Of a stretch of DNA of 33,318 nucleotides, positions 21,599 to 31,106 are shown one piece after another (the stretch's first letter is position 1; each line of letters opens with the position of its first letter). The stretch comes from Salisapilia sapeloensis CBS 127946. Taxonomy: Eukaryota; Protista; Oomycota. Below the pieces are notes generated by a model, which was not told the origin of the DNA, did no database searches, and saw only the letters and a program-made list of their open reading frames with translations. Where the stretch lies: assembly GCA_023334545.1 (NCBI GenBank), contig JAADVB010000210.1:1-33318 (forward strand), read 5' to 3'. A program made the translations under genes and the position numbers.

Positions 21599-23260
21599 TT
21601 AGTGATATGTCTGGTGGATGTAGTTGATGCCTTCAGCACGGTAGATGTCGTGATCTGAGTACGCCAAATCGGTCGCATTAGTGTCGAAGTAGAGGATCTT
21701 GGGCTCCTCTGTCGTGTACTCTGGCCATTCGACCGACGTCACGCCGTTATTGTTGGGTGTCAAGTCCGCAAAGAAACTGATCCACATGCGAGTCATCATG
21801 CGAGCCAGTTCCTTGTACGTCTCTGGCTTGCCCTCAAAAGGATTTTCCGACAATACATTCTGGTACCCGATACCGTCGACATTGTAGAAGACGAAGGCTA
21901 CTTCTTGGAAGTGAGCAGCCCCTTTGTATTCATTCAAGCCATTCACGAGTACGTTCCAGAGGTAGTTGTAGTTGGTCACGTTGTTTGCCGTCCACGTCTG
22001 GGAAATGTATCGACGAGGAGCGTGGAGCATCCGGTCACCAACATAAGCAGAAACTCGCTTGTACATGTCGCCGTAAGATGTTCCCACTGGACGATCTACT
22101 AATGTTGCTGGGATTCCGATGTCAGGAATGTCCGGGTAAAGGTTCACCAGATCAGCAGCCTGTGCAACATCGTGCTCTTTGCTCATGATGTACGCGACAA
22201 AGTCGTCAGTCGTGTTGATACCTTTCGGTCCAAAAGAGACACCTTCATCATGATTTGTTCCTTGTAGAATCGGCACATGGACGAACTTGCCGTCTGCGAG
22301 GAGGTTCGTACCATAGTCTTGCAGGAACTCGCCATCGACCTGGACATCAAAAGTTGCATCAGCAAGAATAGAGCTGTTGAAAATGTTGCTCAAGTCATCA
22401 ATCGGGATTTGGCGGAGGCAGTCGAGTGCATCAGCAGCAGAGCTGCAGTTCGTCGCATTCGTAACCGCATCAAAGTGCACATCCCAGTCCTCTGGAGCAA
22501 TGTAGAAAGACTCCGGGCGTGAACTAGTTCCAGATTCCATGATAGCAGCTCGGAAAAGGTTGTCGTCACGACCACCATAGGCAGTCAGTTGGCTGCTCAC
22601 ACTGCGTGCACCAGCACTTTCGCCAAAAATAGTCACTTTGCTCGGGTCGCCACCAAAAGATGCAATGTTGTCTTGAATCCAGTGGAGAGCAAGGCGCTGG
22701 TCCTTCAAGCCCAAGTTACCAATGCCAGCTTCCTTCACTTGACTTCCCCACATGAAGCCAAAGGCGTGTAGACGGTAGTTCATGCTAACACCGATGAATG
22801 GTTTGTCCATGTGCATGGACTGGTTGACCATGTGAGACATATCGTAGCGAGGGTCCCTCGACCCGCCATTGACGAATCCACCTCCGTGAATCCAAACGGC
22901 CACAGGAAGGTTAGTGCCGGTTTCGACGCCACTTGGGCGAATAACATTTATAGTTAGGCAGTCTTCGGACACGAGGTTACCTAGCACCCATTGATCACTT
23001 CCGTAGCCGTAGCACTCGAGAGAGTATTCTGTCGCATTTCTAGCATCGGACCAACTCTCATTGAGCGATTCTGGGTTTTTGAATCGCAGTTCACCGACAG
23101 GAGGCTGCGCGAACGGCATGCCAAGGAACAAGTCGAGGTCGTAGGATGAATGGTGGATACCGTAGTACGAACCGTTTGCAAGCGTTACGGCAGGAGCATC
23201 ATCCGCCTGGACGACAGCACTGAGCACTGCACTTGCAATAAGAGAAGAGACGAACTTCAT
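21599..23260 (-). CDS. Secreted type-B carboxylesterase/lipase (alpha/beta hydrolase), 553 aa, intronless
   Basis: It has a signal peptide (MKFVSSLIASAVLSAVVQA), FLGMPFAQPPVGELRF, SEDCLTINV, oxyanion WIHGGGF and nucleophile GESAG (22610..22624). The acid is in GTNHDEG and the His in GAAHFQE. Confidence 0.93.
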   Translation of the reverse strand: MKFVSSLIASAVLSAVVQADDAPAVTLANGSYYGIHHSSYDLDLFLGMPFAQPPVGELRFKNPESLNESWSDARNATEYSLECYGYGSDQWVLGNLVSEDCLTINVIRPSGVETGTNLPVAVWIHGGGFVNGGSRDPRYDMSHMVNQSMHMDKPFIGVSMNYRLHAFGFMWGSQVKEAGIGNLGLKDQRLALHWIQDNIASFGGDPSKVTIFGESAGARSVSSQLTAYGGRDDNLFRAAIMESGTSSRPESFYIAPEDWDVHFDAVTNATNCSSAADALDCLRQIPIDDLSNIFNSSILADATFDVQVDGEFLQDYGTNLLADGKFVHVPILQGTNHDEGVSFGPKGINTTDDFVAYIMSKEHDVAQAADLVNLYPDIPDIGIPATLVDRPVGTSYGDMYKRVSAYVGDRMLHAPRRYISQTWTANNVTNYNYLWNVLVNGLNEYKGAAHFQEVAFVFYNVDGIGYQNVLSENPFEGKPETYKELARMMTRMWISFFADLTPNNNGVTSVEWPEYTTEEPKILYFDTNATDLAYSDHDIYRAEGINYIHQTYH

Positions 23261-24216
23261 ACTGAATGTAAAGTGTCTTGTTCACTTGAGCGCTAAAAGA
23301 TGAGTGACATCAATTGATGGGCGCCCTCTCTTTGGACCGACGACAGTCATCCAGTAAGCTTCAAGTTGCATCTTCAACAGCTCACGTAGTGATCTCTATT
23401 GATGGGCGAGAACTGAAGCAGTCTGAACGGGATGCAGCATAACATGTTTTTATATAATAAAATGTACAGTAGAGAAGTTGTAGACAACACAGGAAAGTGC
23501 TAGATACGACTTCTGAAACGACAATTATCACAAAGGTCTTGAAAGACACGATCGTGTCTTGAGGTATGACCTTCAACCACTGATCAAACCGCTCCCTACC
23601 ACATCGTCCATATTGCAGCAAACATCTACCCTATCGACTAATTGTGATTGTAGCTCTTTGGAAACCACTGGAAGAATAAAGCAGGCCTAGCCTTACAGCT
23701 TGAGTTTGTTGGAGTCATGGGTTATTTTTTTTGTTCGTATGGAGTGGAAACCTCGTCGCCTGCGCAGTAACTTCCATTGTGTCTGAAGCTATAGAAATTC
23801 ACAAATGGTCTTAGATAGGAACATTGTAGGTTCTTTATAGGAAGAAATGAAGGTCGAAGTCGTGAGTGAAGATGTTGGCAACATCCAACTTGCAGATTGC
23901 GTTGTCATTGTCTTCGTACATTTCCATTTCTCAAGACACTTGTTTGAAATTATATTAGTGACAGCTTACGTTTGTCTTCATATCAGAACGTATCTCATTC
24001 CGAAGAATCCTGAGCGAGAGGTCCTGCCCACAGATAACCTTCCAGTCGAATTCTTTTTTCTTTTCTTTGGATTACATCAGCAAGTCGATCTTTTTTTCCA
24101 ATCACGTCCCATAATCTCTCCATCTCACGACCTCCTCCCACTGGATTGGCCCATAATCTTCTAGTGTCTTTTACTGGCCCTCAGGCATTTCTCCTTTTGA
24201 CAAGAAAGACAGAACC

Positions 24217-24843
24217 ATGGGTCGTCGTCCAGCAAAGTGCTACCGTTTCCAGAACAAGAAGCCGTTCATCAAGTCCCGCTACTGCCGAGGAGTACCGGAC
24301 CCGAAGATCCGCATCTACGATGCCGGTAACCGTAAGGCCGGCGTTGACGCTTTCCCGTTCGTTGCTCACCTCGTCTCCGACGAGAAGGAACAGCTTTCCT
24401 CGGAAGCCCTCGAAGCTGCCCGTGTTGCTGCCAACCGTTACCTGATCCGTTCGTGCGGCAAGGACAACTTCCACATGCGCATCCGTTGCCACCCGTTCCA
24501 GGTCCTGCGTATTAACAAGATGCTTTCGTGCGCCGGTGCCGATCGTCTGCAGACCGGTATGCGTCACGCCTACGGTAAGCCGCAGGGCACTGCCGCCCGT
24601 GTTGACATCGGACAGCCGATTATCTCGGTCCGCTCCAAGGACAACTTCGGTCCGTCGGTCGTCGAGGCGCTCCGTCGTGCCAAGTTCAAGTTCCCTGGCC
24701 GCCAGAAGGTCCTCGGCTCTAAGAAGTGGGGCTTCACCAAGTACGAGCGTGAGGTCTACGCCCAGATGCGATCGGAAGGCTCCCTCGTGCCGGATGGCAA
24801 CCACGAAAAGTACGTGCCGAACCACGGCCGTCTTTCGGTCTAA
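24217..24843 (+). CDS. RPL10: 60S ribosomal protein L10 (uL16/QM), 208 aa
   Basis: [10 protein letters not shown]...[16 protein letters not shown]...[13 protein letters not shown]...[18 protein letters not shown]...[12 protein letters not shown]. Confidence 0.98.
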   Translation: MGRRPAKCYRFQNKKPFIKSRYCRGVPDPKIRIYDAGNRKAGVDAFPFVAHLVSDEKEQLSSEALEAARVAANRYLIRSCGKDNFHMRIRCHPFQVLRINKMLSCAGADRLQTGMRHAYGKPQGTAARVDIGQPIISVRSKDNFGPSVVEALRRAKFKFPGRQKVLGSKKWGFTKYEREVYAQMRSEGSLVPDGNHEKYVPNHGRLSV

Positions 24844-24993
24844 GCCACTTGGTTGCTTTGGAAACCATTTTTCTTAGTGTACGCTTTAAGCTAACGGAAA
24901 ATAAGGAACTTAACCTTCTCGGTTGAATATCCATCAACGGCTTTCTTGCTTAATACACTTTGCTTCTTGTCAAACGTTGACCTCTTTGTTTTA

Positions 24994-26853
24994 TTACTCT
25001 TGCTCTTCCTCTGTAGGAAAGCCGTACGGGTCGCCGATATCTTTGTGGGTGAACGCCATGGCTTTGAAGATCGTGCCCATTTGATCCGCATGAACGAGGC
25101 GCTCGTAGGACGTCTGTAGGTCCTGTCGTTCCTCTGGCGTCGCGTTGCCTTGAAGGATGGTAAGGCGCTCATCGATTCCCATCGCCTGAAGGAAGTCTCC
25201 TTGGCCAACAGGGCCGTGTGCTACGACGTCGTCCCTCCCTTCCGTTGCAAACTTTCGGAGCGTGGCAAAGTCCACATCGATACTCTTGAAAATGGTTAGA
25301 CAAGTCCAATAGTGTAAATGTGTAGGTACGTACGAGGTCGACGTTGCCAGGTTCCTGGAGAGGACTGACGAACTTGTGGTTCTGGATGCCACGGAGACTT
25401 AGAGACGACGGATGGTCATGACCGTAGTCCACGATGAGCGCAGCCCCACCATGGTCACTAATTCGTTGCGCCATGTCCTGGGCTAGAGCGATGCCGACAG
25501 GGCTGATCTCAATGCAGTCGCCGACCTGAGCTTGCGTCGACGTGATCGGCTGCTCGCGGGCCAAGGAAGGGTCGTCGAGACGTGGGACGCCCTCTGCTGC
25601 AGCAGCTTCGACAGATTGGGACGGATCGAAGAGCTTACGTCGACCGATGTAGACGCGCGTGGCAGGCGTCGGCCCAGGCGATAGGACGAAACGGAAGTGG
25701 TCTGGACCGTCCGAGTAGTCAATGTCGACCAGACGCTCACACCATCCACTAGGCAATCGTGAGCAGGGTACATGAATATTTTAAAGGTAGAGTCTTACCG
25801 TTCAGTGTACTCGAATTGGTGGACTGGAAGCGCATCAAAGAGCTCCTGATGATGCAATTGAAAAGTGAGAAAGACATCGAAATGTGGTAGGCAAGAAGTG
25901 CACCTGCGCAATGATGAGAGAGGGTCCTCTCGGAACGTTGTTAAAGTCCGTATGCCACTGAACGACAGGGCCATCAGGTATCTGCATCCGGATCTTGTCT
26001 CCGTCCTCTGGCAATGGTTCACATCCAAGCGCCTGCTGCTGCATCTTTTGCAAGGCTAAAACAAGGCTTGTCAAGAGTTATGAATTCACTACATAGGAAG
26101 TCAAAGTACCTGGGCTAGTGTCTACCATGTGCAGCTCAATGGCTTCGTAGAACGGTGGGAAGGATCGGGCTGCGCGGAGGAAATCGGTCATGAGACTACC
26201 ACGACCAGGGCCCATCTCCACCACTTTAATAGCAGACGGCATACCCATTTCCTGCCACACGGCCAAGCACCATATAGCAATCAGTTCACCAAACATTTGG
26301 CTGATTTCAGGAGCAGTGGTGAAGTCTCCTTTTGTACCGAAGACGTCGCCCTTCATGTAATAGCCATGCTCTGGATGGCTCAGTGCCTACTCGTAGCTCA
26401 TTATGACCATCCTCTTAAGAGTACAGGAAGAATATTTACACGCTGCATGAACTCCGAAACGGTGAGAGGGCCTTTCAATTGGATCATGGCTTTCAGTGCA
26501 TGCACGAGGGGTGTTTCGTCGGATTTCTGACGAAGCTGTTCCTCGGTCAATTCAGGATGGGCATCGGATGGCTGCTTTAGTCCTGAACGATCGACCTGAA
26601 TTGTCATGGGTTTCTCCGGTGTATTTGAGTGCTGTTGATGCCACTTCTCAGCCTGCTGCTGGATCTTGGAGTTGGCATTCCAATCGCTGCCGGCCTTGTG
26701 GCTCCCATAACGGACTAATTCTGCGTTTTGAGCCGATACTAGGCGTTTACCTGGGTACTTTAGTTCGTTGCAATGCATTGAAGCTGTTTTTCCATACTTG
26801 TTTGACAGCATGCGCTGTGATACAGCAGCGAATCTACCTCTTAGTCCCAACAT
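24994..26853 (-). CDS. NDUFAF7: NDUFAF7/MidA mitochondrial SAM-dependent protein arginine methyltransferase, 6 exons, 531 aa
   Basis: Exons 26440..26853, 26110..26386, 25904..26055, 25799..25845, 25334..25748 and 24994..25284 sum to 1596 nt in frame. Motifs: GDFTTAPEISQMFGE, EMGPGRGSL, ELFDALPVHQF, GWCERLVD, LIVDYG, PGNVDL-SIDVDF and MGTIFK. Confidence 0.93.
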
Positions 26854-27061
26854 CCGACCGTTCTCTCTTTGGTTGTCACGATTTGTTGTTGGATTCAGTA
26901 AAGTACGGCAGTTTCATGTATCGTATCTCTTTGTCCACTTTTCTATCTTTTTACGAAGCGAATGGACCATTGTTTCTGCTTTGGACACTGCCTGAGACGA
27001 CGCAGATCAGCATACGACGGTCTAGAGCATCGACGAGCTCCTGCCCGGACGAAGGTGAACG

Positions 27062-28579
27062 ATGGAGTTCTGGTGGGTACTAGCAGCCCCAGTATTCTTC
27101 CTCACGATTGCCGTGATTGCACTGCTATGTCAAGGCATGAGCCCAATGCGAGTGGCGCGGGCATCGTACAAGAGCCCATTGCTGCATGACGCTCAATCCG
27201 CTGCGGCGGCGAGAGGAGAGAAGCAGACGCTATTGGCGAGAGGACTGCAGTCTCCAGAGAAAAGTTCCGATGGGCGTGTACCAAAGTACAGTGAGACGAT
27301 GGCATTGCTTATAGAATGTAAATCACCCGAGGATGCGGAAAGTATTCTGGCTGTAATGAACGCCCATGGCTTGATCAGTAGCGAGAATGAAGCTCTGCAC
27401 TTTGCCAGACACTGTAAAAGCCAGGTAGATCTCGGCGCTCTATCTGCTAGAGCAGTGGCGACCATCATCGTCGCTCTCGAGCGCTTTGCAGCCCATGAAA
27501 GTATTGCTAGCTGCATACAAATGAGCTTCCAGTCAAAACTCGGTCGGGAATGCCTCGCTCTTAAGCACATTGTGGACCATCATATATCTTTGTTCGATCT
27601 GATCCACCGCCGTATCGCTTTGCGGCCCATACGAGATGCCATTCTCTTACATTTCGATCGTCAGGGCGCCATGCTCAAGCAGGATGCGTCGTTCCAGCCT
27701 CCTCATAAACTCTTGTGTGACATTGACGATACCTTGCTTTCCGTCTTGTTGGACACGAGGTACCCCGAATTGACTGTGTACCCAGGTGTCCACCAGTTCG
27801 TCCATGAAGTCCTCCAACGATCCGCTATCATCAACTACTCCCTCGCAAAGCACCCTCGAGGCACTGCTTCCGAAGGTGATTTGCATAAAACAGAGGAGCG
27901 GACGCACGTGACACCTCGTCTAACGTTCATAACAGCTCGACCGGAGCTCCTACGACCTCGATCTGTAGCCGAGCTAAAGGCCTGTGGCTTCACCCATTTC
28001 ACGTTGCTTATGGGTCAGTTGTCCAGTTTCTGCGGTGCTCAGCGCATCGCTCGACGCAAGTACGACAACTTTACTCGCTTCCGTCAGATCTTTCCCGAAT
28101 GTCGCTTTGTCTTTGTCGGAGACAATGGTCAGGGCGATATTGATCTCGGAAAGACGCTGATGTCGCCTCCGAGTGGCGAATTCATGGCCGCCGTCCTCAT
28201 CCACGACGTTGTTCGACCTGCTCCTCCGTTCCTCCCTCTCTCTTTGTTGACTTCTATCCAGGAGAAGCAGCGGGATTATAGACATCAAGAGTGCGAAGAG
28301 GCTGGTCTTCACCTCTTCCGCTCCTACATTAGCGCTGGGCTACTCCTGCACAAGGTCGGCGTCGTGACTGGCGCAGCCGTGAGGCGAATAGCAGAGCAGA
28401 CAGGCCGGACGTTTGGGTCGATCAAGTTCGACTCGAGCGACCAGAAGCGAGCGTTAGCAGAGGAATTAAGAGCAGACGTAGAAGACGTGTGTAGTCAATT
28501 GGAGGCCGAGGAGGTGAAGAAGATGCGAGCAAATTTGCCGAAAGAACTAGTGGACGTGGTAGAGATTAAGGTCACATAA
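27062..28579 (+). CDS. APP1-like (DUF2183) HAD-type phosphatidate phosphatase domain protein with N-terminal membrane anchor, 505 aa
   Basis: Single ORF with a hydrophobic N-terminus. Motifs: HAD motif CDIDDTL, YPGVHQF, FITARP, RKYDNF and FVFVGDNGQGD. Confidence 0.8.
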   Translation: MEFWWVLAAPVFFLTIAVIALLCQGMSPMRVARASYKSPLLHDAQSAAAARGEKQTLLARGLQSPEKSSDGRVPKYSETMALLIECKSPEDAESILAVMNAHGLISSENEALHFARHCKSQVDLGALSARAVATIIVALERFAAHESIASCIQMSFQSKLGRECLALKHIVDHHISLFDLIHRRIALRPIRDAILLHFDRQGAMLKQDASFQPPHKLLCDIDDTLLSVLLDTRYPELTVYPGVHQFVHEVLQRSAIINYSLAKHPRGTASEGDLHKTEERTHVTPRLTFITARPELLRPRSVAELKACGFTHFTLLMGQLSSFCGAQRIARRKYDNFTRFRQIFPECRFVFVGDNGQGDIDLGKTLMSPPSGEFMAAVLIHDVVRPAPPFLPLSLLTSIQEKQRDYRHQECEEAGLHLFRSYISAGLLLHKVGVVTGAAVRRIAEQTGRTFGSIKFDSSDQKRALAEELRADVEDVCSQLEAEEVKKMRANLPKELVDVVEIKVT

Positions 28580-28617
28580 ACTTGTATTTGCTCTTGTCCA
28601 AACGATTGGATGCGTCC

Positions 28618-29627
28618 TTAGTCGATCTTCTTCGATACGCTGTAGATGGCGCCGTCGACCATACGAGCAACGGCGAGGACACCACCGACGATGGCGCTCG
28701 TGGAGGTGATGAACGAGAGGAAGGATGGCTTTTGCTCCGTGTACGTGACGGCAATGGGGGAAAAGTCGTACGAGACGATGACGCCTGGGATGGCCGATAG
28801 ACCGTCCGTGTTCTTGACTTCATGCTCCGTCGCAGAGTACTGGAACGTGTCAACGCGACGGCCGTTGAGATAGGTATATGAGCTCGGGACGATGTTCACA
28901 AAGTACTTGTACGTCGCCACTAGAGAGAGCTGTTAGGGTGCTGGATAGAAGGAGAAGAAGGAGAACAGTACCGTTCTTGGTGATGGTCTTGGTGACGTCT
29001 ATGAGGGGAGTCTCCATGTCGGGGATGTCAGGTCCGAAGCGAAGATTGTTGATCGTGTGAGACGCGTTGAAATTGAGGAATTCACTGAGCGTGAAGAAGT
29101 TGAGCGTTCCAGAGTGCACGAACATGATTTCACCAGCTACTTTCTTCACTTTTGTCGTCCCTCGGAAGCGACACCCGTCTCCTCCGTATGCAGGCGTTTT
29201 CTGCATGTCGTCTCGGATTAAGATATCCTTGCTGCCTTTATTGTCACTAACATCGAGCTGGACCTCTATGACATGGAGATGAGATCGTATCGATGACTAA
29301 GGTGGACGAGACGTACCTTTGCAAGGAGCATTGACGAGGGAAATGTCGAATTCAATTGTAATTGGCGTGTCTTGCTGTCGTATTGCCAAAGCGAGTTAGT
29401 TTCTATGTAGATAATACATTTCAAGTGGACAATAAACAACGCACCGACGCGGTATCCACGTGCATGCGGTGCATGACGCTCGTCGTGGTCCATATCGAAA
29501 ACTCTGAGATCAGTAGAAAAGCAGCAAAGACACAGCTGAGCAGCGTCACAATTCCACCACCAATTGTGCGCTCTTGGATGCCCTCGACGCCCTTGACGTT
29601 CAGGTCGAAGCGGCTAAAAGCTCCCAT
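28618..29627 (-). CDS. ERGIC/Erv41-Erv46 family ER-Golgi cycling membrane protein, 4 exons, 278 aa
   Basis: Exons 29445..29627, 29317..29374, 28972..29265 and 28618..28919 sum to 837 nt in frame. Motifs: FSRFD..KGVEGIQERTIGGGIVT, ITIEFDISLVNAPC, GCRFRG..KVKKVAG, FNASHTINNLRFG, YKYFVNIVP, YDFSPI and SAIVGGV. The C-terminus is KKID. Confidence 0.9.
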
Positions 29628-29815
29628 GTCTGTCTGTTGTCCAGCGTGTTGAAACACGTCTTACTCGGATTGGCTGAAAAAGCTATTTTCACGTCATGAT
29701 TGGTAGGAAATAAAGAAGGTTTTGCGAAAATGACTCCGAGACGTCTACTATACCAATGTATCTGTATTTATGTTCTATTGCTATCACACACGCTGCCTTT
29801 CAAAACTTGTCTAGT

Positions 29816-31106
29816 CTAACTGAGTTGTACCCCACTCTGCCTGGCACGTTCCTTTCCGCCGTCCGTCATAAGCTTGCACCCGCCGATACTCACGCTCATG
29901 GTATCGGCATGCGGATGCTCGGCAATGGCGTCCACGACTGCATCCGTCAACAACTCACACCACACGACCTTTAGCTGTTTCAACGCAGTACACTTCTTCA
30001 AAAGTTCCACTACACTCTTATCCGTAATGTTCATGCACCAAGACAAATCCACAACTTCCAGACTGTGTCCGCAGTTCTTCACGAGCGAGAAGACGCCTCG
30101 GTCCGTCAGCAGTCCGCAGTTGTTCAAGCTGATCTGCGTAAGTCGACACAGACGTAGCTGGTCGACACCACCGTCCGTGACCTCGTTGCAACTGGCCAAG
30201 GACAAGTGCTGGAGGTTCGGACAGCTTCGAGACAGGATGGACAGCGCATCGTCCGTGATACGACTTTGCGTCAGGTTTAGATGCGTGAGGGCTTTCGAGA
30301 TGGACAAGAACCCGTGACTAGTGTCCGATGGGTTGGTCGTGAACGTCGTGTCACTGACGTGGTCCATGAAAGACAAGTCGAGTCGCTCGAGGTGGGGAGA
30401 CGAGCGGAGTAAGGCGTGCAAGGCATCGTTCGAGATGCGCTTGCACTTGGAAAAGTTTATTTCAATCAACGACCGACAGGATTTCACTAGGAAGAGAACG
30501 AGGTCTGTGGTGATCTGAGGACAGCGAGCGAGGGACAGGTGGCGGAGAGAGGTGCAGGCGCGGAGAGGGTAGAAGGGCGAGTGGTCCATTTGGAACGCAG
30601 CGTCCGTGATGTGGCGACAACCGTCCAGACGCAGCGTCTGTAGTTGAGAGCAGCCCTGGAGCACACTCTGGATGACAGTGTTGGTCACTTGGGTGCAGTT
30701 GGACAGATCTAAGCATCTCTACACATGACGTTAGTTGGAAGCAGGTAGAGGAGGATGGAAAGAAGACATACGATTTCAGGGCAACGGAACGGAATTTGAC
30801 GAAGCACCGAGTTACGAATGTGACTGCAGCCTTGAAGCAAAAGGACGCGTCTGGAGATGGAGAAGAAGGACGCTAGACGATCGTCCGTGAGTGTCTGGAG
30901 GTCGATCATGCGGCGCAGAGTATCGAGAACGAGTTCTTCTGGCATTCGTCTACGTAGTTTATTGATGTCAGGAATGAGCTGGTACCTTTATGGAAGGACA
31001 GGGTTGGAGTGTACCGCAGGATGGCCATTAGGACTCGAGGGGGTGCGCCGTGGGCGAGCTTGGCAACGCACAGCTCCGTGAGTGGTGGAGGACCAGACTC
31101 GGACAT
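29816..31106 (-). CDS. Cys-containing (RNI-like) LRR protein of FBXL/AMN1 type with BC-box-like N-terminus, 3 exons, 390 aa
   Basis: Exons 31015..31106, 30772..30949 and 29816..30718 sum to 1173 nt in frame. Repeated units: LDLSNCTQVTN, LRLDGCRHITD, LSLARCPQIT, LSLASCNEVTD, ISLNNCGLLTD and VDLSWCMNITD. Confidence 0.85.

Noticed and set aside
24181-24825. 214-aa minus ORF over RPL10, and similar ORFs (7009..7713, 8497..8958, 26496..27083, 29874..30317, 32850..33290)
   Set aside because: These are antisense or alternate-frame shadows of well-supported genes and show no family motifs.
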